A stretch of 64,000 bases of DNA from an uncultured Armatimonadia bacterium (GTDB lineage Bacteria > Armatimonadota > Zipacnadia > CAVVLO01). The stretch lies in assembly GCA_963749155.1 (NCBI GenBank), contig CAVVLO010000002.1:1056001-1120000 (forward strand), read 5' to 3'. The first letter of the stretch is position 1. Each line of letters starts with the position of its first letter. Below, in pieces: positions 7,993 to 18,328 of the stretch. The notes under the pieces are model-generated. The model was not told the origin of the DNA and ran no database searches. It saw only the letters and a program-made list of their open reading frames with translations. The translations under genes were made by a program, and so were the position numbers.

Positions 7993-10900
7993 TCAGAACT
8001 GCTCTGACAGCGTGAAGGTAGCTTCAGTGTAACGGCTAGCCTGCTCTTCAAAAGCCTGGCTAACCTCCTCGGCCGAGAGAGCCCTTCGATAGAGTTTCAA
8101 CTCGTCCAGCAGGCCGATGTAAGGCTGCCAGTTGCCAGTTGAGAAAGTCTTGCCAGGCGTATCCAGGCTACCTGTGAAGTCGACGGGCAGCTCGTATTCA
8201 GAATCCAGCTTGCCGTTCAGGTAATACCTGACCTTGCCTTCGGCGCGACTTACTACTAGTGCAACGTGTGTCCAAGCGCCTTCCGGCAAGCTGCCCTGGC
8301 TATATGTTATGCCACCTGGACCACCGGCAGTGACCATCTCGAGGTTCAGTCGGCCATCGGCAAGCAGGTCCAGATTCCACCAGGTGGCGGGGTAGAGGCC
8401 CTTGTCAAGCACCCGGCGACGCTGATGCTGGGAGTCCACCCCAAGCTGTGTCGGAGCGAGCCATAATTCCAGTGTAAAATCCTCTGTTCCCAGATTCAGT
8501 ATCGGCCGGTCTGGCGCCTCGACAAGGGTCGAAGTGCCATCACAGAAAAGCGCGCTACCAAAAGTGCCTGTGGCGCGCAGTTCCCAGGCCAGCAGGCCCT
8601 CGTTGCCCTTACCAGAGGAATCGAGGACGATTTCGCCCTCTGGTTCATCGAACCGCCACCAGAGGGCCAGCTTGTCAGGACCCAGTTGAGGAGAGAGCTC
8701 TGCTGCTGGCTGGGTCACAGCCTGCAGTGCTGTCAAAGAACGCCCGGTAGCAAAATCTGGCGAGTCAGCCGGCCCGAGCAGCAGGTTGTCCAGGTAGAAG
8801 ACGGTTGCAGCCTCTGAAGTGCTTGAAATACCAAGCCAGGTTGGTTTCTCGAAAGCTTCATCACAGAAAGGCAGCTGCTCGAAGACCTGGTCCGGCTGCC
8901 CCGGTTCAAGCAGGCGCAAAGTAAAAGTCTTGAGCGCCCCTGGGCCTGTCTCGAAATCCACCTGAAGGGTGTACCAGACGCCAGGCTGAAGGGTAGCGAT
9001 GGGCTTCCCGCCTGTGCCGAGTCGCCCACCCACCGTCAAGGTGCCATCAGACCTGCCGGCGACACTTGGTCCTACCAGCAACGGGCCGCTCCATTCGCGC
9101 AGTTCGATATACCAGTCAGCAGGCGCCTCGGGAGAATTCATCACATCGACCGAGAGACGCTGCTTGCCCTCCGGCAGGTTGATTGAATAAAAAACATGCG
9201 GCTCCCAAGGCCTTAATAGTCCTGGCGCATCGGCGAAGCGCAGGCTATACCTGCCCAACGAGGCGGCCTCGAGACTTGCTCCAACGCTTGCGGGCGCCTC
9301 GGCGCTGGTCTGGGCAGTCGCTGGCTCCTCGCCCGGCTTCATCAACTCGAAGCCATCTACAAGGGGACGAATCTTCTTCTGATAAGAGAAGCTGACAGGC
9401 TCCTCGAGGGGCAACAGGCGATTCTCAAGTGGCCAGGAGGCCCGCTCAGGTGACTCATATACGCCCGCTTTGGCAAGTTCGTCGCTTACATCCACAAAGC
9501 CAAGCTCCCAGGCTGGCGAATCGGGCTGCAGCCGGCCATCATAAGCTTCTGCATCCAGGAGAAGGGGATTGGCTACCCGGGAGCCGATATCAAAGCCTGC
9601 CGCCTGCCAGTCCTCAAACGACGCAAACTTTGCGGTGGGGCTCATCTCGACTTCAACAGGCGCTCCTGCGTGCCAAATCAGGTTGTCTTCGAATACGACC
9701 TGACGGGGATCCCACTCTGGATGGCCCCACAATCCCTCGGCATAGAGCTGCCTGGCCGGATCGGTGAAGTAGAGGACATTGCGACGAATCTGGTTTGGTC
9801 CAACCTGATACTTGCCCTCGGGGTCGCTGTGCATGAAATAACCGAAGAAGACCATACAGTTGTAGAAAGCCATCGGCTTGCCGGTCTCGATAAAGAGGTT
9901 GTTCTCAACCACGTTGTCGGCGCCAAACTGGATGAACAGGCTGTTCGAGCCCGAGCCGGCTATCAGGTTGCCGTAGAGGGTGACTCCGCAGATAGAGCTG
10001 TCAAGATAGACACCCCAGGTGCAGAAGGGCGCCCCATAGCCCGTCGGTGGATAAGTGCAATGCGGATAGCTGCCATAACCTACGGTGTCGATCAGTTTGT
10101 TGAATCTGAGCACATTACCGACGTCCCGGACACCCAGTTCGGCGTTATGCTGGCGCAAGGAGATAGCTCCATCGTCCACCGTGCAGAGCATCGTGTGGCG
10201 GATAAGGTTGTATTCGGCCAGGTTGCGGGCGCCGTTGATGAAAAGCCCATCTCGAGGCGTGTCGTGGATCTCGCTATGACTGGCGATGTTGTCGTTGCCA
10301 AGCAGAGTGATGCCAGCGCACACCTTGTCGAACAGTCCATTGGAGTAGATGTGGTTGTTGTCCGCCACGTTGCCATCACCGCGCACCACGATGCCATCTC
10401 CACCCACCGAATGGATATCGTTGCCGGCGATGCGACACTCGTAGCAGGGATAACTGGTCACAAGGGCCCTGTCACCGGCGTGAAAGGGCTGGCTGGTGCG
10501 GCCGCGCTGGCGCCAGGGATTGCCGATGCCCTTGCTGGCGTTGCGAACAAAGCCAACGTTGACGCCGACACCCCCGATATTGGTGATGGTGTTGCCGATA
10601 ATCTCACAGTGGGTTGCGCCTTCGAGGCAGACGGCGTCCTGTTCTGCCCCTTCAAGCCCAAGCCCCTGCAAAGTGACATACTGGACAGGTTCCTCGGGGG
10701 TGCCTGACAGGCGGATCAGATTCTCGACAACCGGCACTTCAACTTCTCCATCGGCCACTTGCCCAGCCGGTGGGAGGAAGGCAAGCTCTCCGGTGCGGTA
10801 ATCCAGATACCACTCACCGGGTGCATCGAGCGCGCCCCGGATATTTTGGAGGAAATATCGGTTGGCTTCGTTGATCCAGCCTGCAACCGAGTATTTCAGC

Positions 10901-11595
10901 CTCAGATAGCGCTGCTCTGGCAGAACCTCGGCCAGGGGGCTAATGTTGTGATCCCAGCAGTTGTAAGGGTAGATATTAACTTCAGCTTGCGACAGGTCGT
11001 CCCAGTCCTCGAGGGGCACTTCGCCGTCGGCGTAATGAAATCCCTGCTGTTTGGGTGTGCCTGGCCGGTCGACGTAAAGGAAGCCCCCCGTCAGGGGATG
11101 TTCAGGATCCAGATTTGGGAACCGAGCTATTTGCTGCCGCTGCCCTCTGAAGAAGAGCTGCTGGGTGGCCATCCTCGCCTGACCCTTTTTTGAAAGCGAA
11201 GCCGTGAATACTCCGCCTTCGCCCTGTCGCCAGCCGTTTATCGAGATGGCGCCCGAGAAAACTGCTTTCTCGCCAGGATAAGAGCGCAGCACCACTGGCG
11301 CCTGGGCTGTGCCCGAATGTGCACTGGTGAGGGTCAGCGTCTTGTCTAGCCTGTAGGTCCCAGCGCGGAAGTATATGGTAACAGGTTCGCTGGGGCTTGA
11401 CCGGCGCAGGGCCTCCAGTACTGTTAGCGCTTGCCCAGGCGTCGCCAAAGGGCCATCGGTATCTGTTGGGGCTGGGAGCTTCCAGCTTGCCTGACCAGGT
11501 GTCATCACCGTTGGCGAGACATAGAGCCTGACTTCAGCCCGAAGTGGAGCAGTGAAGGCAAGGCAAAGTAGTGTGAGCGCAAGCAGTCTGGTCAC
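7993..11595 (-). CDS. Secreted right-handed parallel beta-helix protein (GH141/pectin-lyase-like fold) with a C-terminal LamG-like jellyroll domain
   Basis: Signal peptide; LYVSP..DGPLAT, VTIYFRAGTY, ARFPN, LDAPGEWY, GVYLD..NLI repeats; C-terminal LWWRFDE..DSSG.GN..WTHVALV..YLNG..GLLDELKLY. Confidence 0.8.
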   Translation of the reverse strand: MTRLLALTLLCLAFTAPLRAEVRLYVSPTVMTPGQASWKLPAPTDTDGPLATPGQALTVLEALRRSSPSEPVTIYFRAGTYRLDKTLTLTSAHSGTAQAPVVLRSYPGEKAVFSGAISINGWRQGEGGVFTASLSKKGQARMATQQLFFRGQRQQIARFPNLDPEHPLTGGFLYVDRPGTPKQQGFHYADGEVPLEDWDDLSQAEVNIYPYNCWDHNISPLAEVLPEQRYLRLKYSVAGWINEANRYFLQNIRGALDAPGEWYLDYRTGELAFLPPAGQVADGEVEVPVVENLIRLSGTPEEPVQYVTLQGLGLEGAEQDAVCLEGATHCEIIGNTITNIGGVGVNVGFVRNASKGIGNPWRQRGRTSQPFHAGDRALVTSYPCYECRIAGNDIHSVGGDGIVVRGDGNVADNNHIYSNGLFDKVCAGITLLGNDNIASHSEIHDTPRDGLFINGARNLAEYNLIRHTMLCTVDDGAISLRQHNAELGVRDVGNVLRFNKLIDTVGYGSYPHCTYPPTGYGAPFCTWGVYLDSSICGVTLYGNLIAGSGSNSLFIQFGADNVVENNLFIETGKPMAFYNCMVFFGYFMHSDPEGKYQVGPNQIRRNVLYFTDPARQLYAEGLWGHPEWDPRQVVFEDNLIWHAGAPVEVEMSPTAKFASFEDWQAAGFDIGSRVANPLLLDAEAYDGRLQPDSPAWELGFVDVSDELAKAGVYESPERASWPLENRLLPLEEPVSFSYQKKIRPLVDGFELMKPGEEPATAQTSAEAPASVGASLEAASLGRYSLRFADAPGLLRPWEPHVFYSINLPEGKQRLSVDVMNSPEAPADWYIELREWSGPLLVGPSVAGRSDGTLTVGGRLGTGGKPIATLQPGVWYTLQVDFETGPGALKTFTLRLLEPGQPDQVFEQLPFCDEAFEKPTWLGISSTSEAATVFYLDNLLLGPADSPDFATGRSLTALQAVTQPAAELSPQLGPDKLALWWRFDEPEGEIVLDSSGKGNEGLLAWELRATGTFGSALFCDGTSTLVEAPDRPILNLGTEDFTLELWLAPTQLGVDSQHQRRRVLDKGLYPATWWNLDLLADGRLNLEMVTAGGPGGITYSQGSLPEGAWTHVALVVSRAEGKVRYYLNGKLDSEYELPVDFTGSLDTPGKTFSTGNWQPYIGLLDELKLYRRALSAEEVSQAFEEQASRYTEATFTLSEQF

Positions 11596-11727
11596 GGAGG
11601 CTCCCTCCCAACTCGTCTAGGCTTTACCGCTTCTGGAAAACCAGCCTGTTTCCTGCAGCCTGGGCTTGCAGGAGAGTGCCCTGCCCCGCGCCAATACTGC
11701 GGCACACCAAGCCTGGGAGGAATTCAG

Positions 11728-12777
11728 ATGGAGCCTCAATGGGACGTAGTAGCGGATCTGCAGCGCAAGTTCGCGGCGGTGCCCAGGCCGCTTGCTTTCA
11801 AGGGGAGCTCTCAGGCGGACTGGCAGGCCTGGCAAGAGGCGCTGTATGCGCGGCTGATGGAGTTGATGGCCCCCTGGCCTGAGCCTGTCGAGCCAGTCTT
11901 GCGCCCCCTTGGCGACCCGATTGACAAGCCTGGGCACATTGTCCAGCGAGTCGCATATACAGTGGAGGCAGGCCTTGAGGCCACTGCCTGGTTGCTCCAG
12001 CCGAAGCAACCGCGCCTTCTTGCTAGTGGCAAGTCACCGGCTGTCGCGGCGTTGCACGGGCACGGGGCTGGGGGCTCTCACAGTGTGGCCGGCAACCCCC
12101 TTGGCCTGCCAGGACTGGAAAGTGAGATAAATGGTCATAACTACGATTATGCCGCCCAGCTCGCTGACAGGGGATATTTCGTGCTGGCGCCCGATGCGCG
12201 GGGCTGGGGCGACCGAGGGCCCCTCTTCGCTGGCGCCTGGCCTGGTCGAGACGGCTGTAACGTCGCTCATATAATGGGTGAGCTGACCGGCTGGTGTCTG
12301 CAGACTCTCAACACCTCGGATGATATGCGCGCGCTGGACATCCTGGCGGCGCTGCCCGAAGTTGATGGCGAAGCACTAGGCGCACTTGGACTTTCCTTCG
12401 GAGGCACCCGCACCCTCTACCTGGCTGCAACCGACAGGCGCGTGAAGTGCGCGGTGGTTGCCTGCTATCTAAGCCTGTGGTCCAGTTATGCCATCGGGAT
12501 GGGCAACTTCTGCGGTTCTCAGTATGTCCCAAAGCTGGGCGCCGAATGCGAGCTGCCTGACCTGTTTGGGCTGATTGCGCCTCGACCCTTATTGTGCGAG
12601 GTTGGAGAGAAGGACGACGGCTTTCCTGTCCAGGCGTCACTTGAGGCCTGGGCTCAGGTAGCACGCATCTACCAGGCAGCCGGCGTACCCGAAAAAGCAG
12701 CCCTCGACCTTTTTGATGGAGGCCATCAATTTAGCGGGAGGCTGGCTTTCGACTTCCTGGTCAGGTGGCTCGGGTAG
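11728..12777 (+). CDS. Alpha/beta-hydrolase (dienelactone hydrolase / acetylxylan-esterase-like)
   Basis: PAVAALHGHG, GYFVLAPDARGWG, nucleophile elbow GLSFGG, IAPRPLL, GEKDD, C-terminal GGHQF; GGAGG RBS. Confidence 0.85.
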   Translation: MEPQWDVVADLQRKFAAVPRPLAFKGSSQADWQAWQEALYARLMELMAPWPEPVEPVLRPLGDPIDKPGHIVQRVAYTVEAGLEATAWLLQPKQPRLLASGKSPAVAALHGHGAGGSHSVAGNPLGLPGLESEINGHNYDYAAQLADRGYFVLAPDARGWGDRGPLFAGAWPGRDGCNVAHIMGELTGWCLQTLNTSDDMRALDILAALPEVDGEALGALGLSFGGTRTLYLAATDRRVKCAVVACYLSLWSSYAIGMGNFCGSQYVPKLGAECELPDLFGLIAPRPLLCEVGEKDDGFPVQASLEAWAQVARIYQAAGVPEKAALDLFDGGHQFSGRLAFDFLVRWLG

Positions 12778-12838
12778 TCGATTATGCTGTCTTCTGTGTG
12801 ATAATATGCAGCCCGTGGAAAATACCCTCCGAGGTTTT

Positions 12839-14242
12839 ATGCGCTTCAGCTCTGGGCTACAAGCGGTTGTACTAGTGCTGCTTGCAGTGCTGCCAGTTAT
12901 TTCGCTGGCGCAGGCGCCTCTTGCGGTTGAACCATCTTCTGATCTTCAGGAACAGTTGCTCTCCCAGGACGTGCTACTTACTTTTGATGAGCTGGAATGG
13001 GATCTCGACACTGACAGTGTAATCGCTACAGGCAACGTGCGCCTCGAAGCCGGGCCACTTGTGTTCACCTGTGATTTGGTTGAAGTGGCCGGAGATAACC
13101 TCCTCGAGAGTGGAAATTTTCTCTCAGCTGTTGGCCAGCAAGACGTCTCCTCTGGTAAGTCGAGTAAAAAGAAGGCAAGTAAAGCCCCTGGCGGATTGCC
13201 TTTTACCCTCTATATCAAAGCTGATGAGGTACGCCTGCTGGCCTCTGGAGCCGATATAACCCGGGCACGTCTAAGCACCTGCGATAAGGACCACCCTCAT
13301 TATTCCTTGTCTGCCAGAAGCCTGGAGATAAACTCTGATGGGCTGCTGGAGTTCAAAAAAATCGGTCTGGATCTCTACGGGGTGCGGCTACTTACTTACC
13401 CCCGTTATAGTTACACTCTCGGAGAGGGAGATGGCCAGGGGCTGACTTTACCCAACATCGGTTACTCCTCCAGTGAAGGGCCTTCGCTCTATTACAATCG
13501 CAGTATCGCACTGCCAGGCAGCGGCTTGTTCAGACTGGAGCCCAGATATGCGACGAAAAAGGGCCTTGGGGGCAAGGTTGGCCCCTGGTGGGAACTGAGC
13601 CCCAAACTCACTGTTGGCGTGCTCGCAACCAGTAATGAACCAGTTGGAGACGGGAGCGGGCAAACACTGTGGCTGTCGAGGCGTCCTGAGGCCAGCCTGA
13701 TTTGGGAGACAACGCTTGCGAGCCTGGACTGCACTCTGACCGCCACTAGTGGCCAACTCGTCGAACAGCAGGAGAAGACCGGCGATCTGATACATCGTTA
13801 TCGCAACTATCTGGGTTTGCGGGCTTCTCCTTACCAAGTTGCAGTTGGCCCGGATGCCAGATTTGCCCTTAAAGGTTCTGCCAATAAAGCCTGGTACAGC
13901 GGAGGCGACAGTTACAGTCGCTACTCCCTACAGGCTGGCCTCGAGCTGGCGACTAACGCCACCGATGTGCTGGAAGCGACCCTTCGGCGGAACTGGGATT
14001 CCGGAATCACTCCCTTCGAGTCGGATCGGCTGGATATCGAACAGGAGTTGGTCCTGGGTTATACGGTGGAGCCGCGCAGGCTCTGGGGTGGGCGCATCGT
14101 CTGGACTTATGATCTGGATGAGGGCAGCACGAACAACACCGATTATGAGTTGATGCGCAGAGAGCATTGCATCATATATTCACTTAAATACTCCACCAGG
14201 AACGACAGTATCTCCCTTGGGCTGACGCTACCCGGTTTCTGA
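12839..14242 (+). CDS. LptD-like outer-membrane (LPS assembly) protein
   Basis: Signal peptide; ATGNVRL, ARLSTCDKDHPHYSLSA, LP.IGYSSSEG; amphipathic strands; C-terminal ..HC....LGLTLPGF ending in Phe. Confidence 0.65.
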   Translation: MRFSSGLQAVVLVLLAVLPVISLAQAPLAVEPSSDLQEQLLSQDVLLTFDELEWDLDTDSVIATGNVRLEAGPLVFTCDLVEVAGDNLLESGNFLSAVGQQDVSSGKSSKKKASKAPGGLPFTLYIKADEVRLLASGADITRARLSTCDKDHPHYSLSARSLEINSDGLLEFKKIGLDLYGVRLLTYPRYSYTLGEGDGQGLTLPNIGYSSSEGPSLYYNRSIALPGSGLFRLEPRYATKKGLGGKVGPWWELSPKLTVGVLATSNEPVGDGSGQTLWLSRRPEASLIWETTLASLDCTLTATSGQLVEQQEKTGDLIHRYRNYLGLRASPYQVAVGPDARFALKGSANKAWYSGGDSYSRYSLQAGLELATNATDVLEATLRRNWDSGITPFESDRLDIEQELVLGYTVEPRRLWGGRIVWTYDLDEGSTNNTDYELMRREHCIIYSLKYSTRNDSISLGLTLPGF

Positions 14243-14259
14243 GGCAGTGCGCCCCCCTG

Positions 14260-14268
14260 TGTTATAAT
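14260..14268 (+). promoter_or_regulatory. Extended -10 element upstream of secA
   Basis: TGTTATAAT (TGnTATAAT) about 48 nt before the secA ATG. Confidence 0.5.
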
Positions 14269-14315
14269 CTGGCCGAGTTTGGGCCTACTTCCGCAAGTCA
14301 TCAGGCGAGTAACTT

Positions 14316-17145
14316 ATGATCAACCTAATAAAAAGTGTGCTGGATCCAAATACCCGCGAGCTTACCCGGCTTTGGCGAGTCGCCGAGAAGGTGAAAACGC
14401 TTGCGGATGAGATGAAGGCTGCCTCTGATACCGAGCTTCGTCGCCGTTTCGACGAATATCGCACTCAAATACAGAGTGGCAAGCAGTCAGTGGACGAGGT
14501 AATGGCGCCAGTCTTCGCCCTGGTGCGCGAAGTCAGCGAGCGCAAAATTGGCCTTAGGCCTTTCGATGTACAGATAATTGGCGCCGCTGTCCTGCACAAG
14601 CATATGATAGCCGAGATGAAGACAGGTGAGGGCAAGACGCTGGTCGCAGTGCTGCCCCTCTGTCTTAATGCTATGGAAGGCCGCGGGGCCCATCTGGTTA
14701 CTACCAACGAATATCTGGCCCAGCACCATCGCGAATGGATGGGGCCGATCTATGATTTCCTGGGCTTGTCAGTAGGCGTCATCAGACACGATATGATGCC
14801 CGATGAGCGTCGCGAAGCTTATAACTGCGATATCACTTACGGTACCAACGCCGAGTTCGGTTTCGACTATCTGCGCGACAACCTGGCCGTCTCCCCCGAG
14901 CAACTGGTGCAGCGCGAGCTGCACTATGCCATCGTAGACGAGGTGGACAGCATCCTGGTGGACGAAGCCAGAACCCCGCTCATCCTCTCTGGCCCTTCAC
15001 GTGGTTCAGTCAAAGAATATATCGCCGCCGACCGCGTAGTGCGCAAGCTGAAAGAAGAACGAGACTATACAGTGGACGAGAAAGCCCGCACCGGGATGCT
15101 GACCGAAGAGGGCCAGGAACGCGTTGAACGCGAGCTTGGTATCGAGAACCTCTCCGATGCCGAACATATGGATTTGAACCACTACATCAACAATGCGCTC
15201 AAGGCTCATAGCATCTTCAAGCGCGATATAGACTATGTGGTGCAAGACAAAGAGATAGTCATTGTAGACGAGTTCACTGGCCGCCTGATGTTTGGCCGGC
15301 GCTATTCGGATGGCTTGCACCAGGCGATCGAGGCCAAGGAGAACGTCACCGTTCAACAGGAGAGCCAGACAGTCGCCTCTATTACGCTTCAGAATTTTTT
15401 CCGCCTTTATGGCAAGTTGTCTGGTATGACCGGCACAGCCAAGACAGAGGAAGCCGAGTTCCTCAAGATATATGGCACGCCAGTCGTAGTCATCCCCACC
15501 AACCGGCCTGTCGTCCGTAAAGACCATGCGGATGTAATCTACAAGTCGACCGAGGCCAAATATCGCGGCCTGATTGGCGAGGTGCTGGAAAGCCATCTCA
15601 AGGGCCAGCCGATGCTGATTGGTACCCGCTCTATTGAAGTTAACGAAAAGGTCAGTGGGCGCTTGCTGCCCGACAAGCTGGGGCTGCTGGTGCTGACCTG
15701 GCTTATCCGGGACAAGATGCGCCTGAAGAACAAAGAACTCTCCAAAGAAGACCAGCAACGCATCGAAGCCGCTCTTTTCGGCGACCTTGATCAACTCTCA
15801 AAGGGCACACTCAGGCCAATCTGCCGTGAGTTGGAGCTGGATCCAGAGGTCGATGCGCCAGCCAACCTGGCAAGACTGCAGGACCAACTCGGCTGGAATC
15901 AGGAGCAGGCAGAGCGCTTCGTCAGATTGCTGAGAGAAGGCATCCCCCACAATGTGCTAAACGCAAAGAACCACGCTCGCGAGGCGGAGATTATCGCCGA
16001 CGCAGGCAGGCCGTATGGTGTAACCGTAGCGACCAACATGGCAGGACGCGGCGTAGACATCGTGCTGGGCGGACAGGACCGCGAAGAAGAATCAGAGCTC
16101 CACGAAGAGCGCAGGCGCCAGGTTATCGAGGCGGGCGGGCTTTACGTGATGGGCTCAGAGCGTCATGAAAGCCGCCGAATTGACAACCAGCTCCGGGGCC
16201 GGAGTGGACGTCAAGGCGACCCAGGCGCCTCGAAATTCTTCGTCTCACTCGAGGACGAGTTGATGCGTCTGTTCGGTCCAGAGCGGTTTGGGTTCTTCCT
16301 CAACGCCTGGCCGGAAGATGAGCCGGTAGCAGCGAAAATTATCTCTCGCCAGCTCGAAGGCGCCCAGAAAAAAGTCGAAGCTCACAACTTCGACATCCGC
16401 AAGCAAGTGCTGCAGTACGACGATATTATGAACACCCAGCGCAAGGTCATCTATGGTGAGCGGCGCAAGGTGTTGATGGGTGAAGAATTCAAAGATGCTG
16501 TGCTCGAGATGATGGACGAGTTGATCGATGACGTCATCGAGCGGCACTGCAGCGACAAGCTTTCTCCTGAAGACCGGGACGTCGAAGCGGCCTACAGACT
16601 GCTTTGCGATATGTTCCCTATTGCACCGTTTATAAAAGAAGAAGACCTCGCCGCTCTGCAGCCCGAGGCGATGAAGGAATTCATCGAAGACAAGGTCTAC
16701 GAGCTTTATGAATTGCGCGAGCAGGAGCTGGGCGCGCCGCTTGCTCAGACACCTGGAACGGATGCTCATTTTGCAGCTTGTTCATGCCAAGTGGATAGAC
16801 CATCTCAAAGTGATGGATGACCTGCGCGAGGGGATTGGACTGCGCGGTTATGCCCAGGTAGATCCCTTTGTCGAATACAGCAAGGAAGCTCACGAGCTGT
16901 TTATGGACCTCTTGATGGCTATCCGCGAGGATGTAGTTAAGTACGTCTTCCGAGTGCAGGTCGAGCTCAGGCCTCAGGCCAAGGAAGCCGAAGCTGCCGA
17001 GGGTAATGTAGATGAGACAGGCTCACTAAAAGGCAGTGCATCCGGCGCCAGACGTCCCGTGCGAACAGGTGAGAAGATAGGCCGGAATGCCCCCTGCCCT
17101 TGTGGCAGTGGTAAAAAATACAAAAACTGCTGTATGCGTAAATAA
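14316..17145 (+). CDS. secA: Preprotein translocase ATPase SecA (single +1 frameshift near 16738, probably a sequencing error)
   Basis: EMKTGEGKT, IVDEVDSIL.DEARTPLI, GMTGTA, ATNMAGRG, RRIDNQLRGRSGRQGDPG. The C-terminus (ER..IL..V..KWIDHL..MDDLREGIGLR; GRNAPCPCGSGKKYKNCC) is in the next frame. Confidence 0.96.
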
Positions 17146-17163
17146 TAGAAATGGGGTGGCGAC

Positions 17164-18304
17164 GTGCTGGATAGCGGCCTGGTAGCGAAGGCCAAAGCTC
17201 TCATACAACAGATCCTTGAAATGGGGGATCGTCTTTGACGTCGCTTCACTCGAAGCGCGCGAGCAGTCGTTGGTGGCAAAACAGGCAGAGCCAGGCTTCT
17301 GGGATGACCAGGAGGCGGCTCAGCAGGTCTTTAACGAGGTGCGTGACCTGAAGGATGTGCTCGAGCCCTACCAGGCGCTGCGCGCGCCTGCTGAAGAACT
17401 CGAGGCCCTGCTCGAACTGGTGGCCGAAGAAGCCGATCCTGAGCTCGAAGCCGAGTTTACCGGCCTGACCGAGCAGTTAAGTCGTGAGTATTCGGCCTTC
17501 AAAGCGGCAGCACAGCTTGGGGGCCCTTACGACAAGTTTCCCGCCCTGCTTTCCATAAATCCCGGCGCCGGTGGCACCGAAGCCCAGGACTGGGCCGAGC
17601 TGCTGCTGCGGATGTACCTGCGCTGGGGTGAGAAGAGTGGCAGGCAGGTGGAACTACTCGACAGGGAAGAAGGCGAAGGCGCTGGTATCAAATCAGCGAC
17701 TCTCCGCATCGCGGGTAAAGCCGCATACGGTTATCTGAAGGGCGAAGCGGGTGTACATCGGTTGGTGCGCATCTCTCCCTTTGACGCCAACAAGCGCCGC
17801 CATACCTCTTTTGCGGCAATTGAAGTATTGCCTGAACTCGATGATACCGTGCCTGTGGAGATCAAGCCCGAAGACTTGAAAATCGACACTTATCGCGCAG
17901 GGGGAGCCGGCGGCCAGAACGTCAACAAGGTCGAGACAGCCGTCCGGATAACTCACCTGGCCACCGGAATAATCGTCTCCTGCCAGAATGATCGTTCCCA
18001 GCTCAAGAACCGCGAAAGCGCGATGAAGGTGCTGAAAGCGAAACTTTTCGCACTGGAGCAGCAAAGACAGCGCGACGAGATCGATCAGATCAGAGGCGAG
18101 AAGTCCTCCATCGAGTGGGGTCAGCAGATTCGCTCATATGTTTTCCAGCCTTACACGATGGTGAAGGATCTGCGCACCGAAGCCGAAGTCTCGGATGTGC
18201 AAGCGGTAATGGACGGCGAGATCGATATTTTCCTGGCCTCCTGGCTCGAGCTCCAAGCTGATGAGTCGGCGCGCGCCGTGGCCGAAGGGTTGAAGCAAGA
18301 TTAA
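17164..18304 (+). CDS. prfB: Peptide chain release factor 2, translated via a programmed +1 frameshift
   Basis: GTG 17164 is in frame with CTT-TGA-C at 17233-17239. The +1 frame carries [10 protein letters not shown], the SPF motif (RISPFD) and GGQ. Confidence 0.96.
17223..17239 (+). promoter_or_regulatory. prfB autoregulatory +1 frameshift site
   Basis: GGGGGATCGT-CTTTGAC: an internal SD-like G run followed by the canonical CTT TGA C. Confidence 0.92.
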
Positions 18305-18328
18305 CCTGCGCGGAGGAAGAGAGCCAAA

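Noticed and set aside
6790..12800. tRNA-Leu as the integration site of a genomic island
   Set aside because: I saw no duplicated tRNA 3' end, no adjacent integrase and no obvious compositional shift.
14316..17145. secA and other split genes as true pseudogenes or programmed frameshifts
   Set aside because: secA is essential, all motifs are intact, there are no slippery-site or SD signatures, and all breaks share the same +1 pattern.
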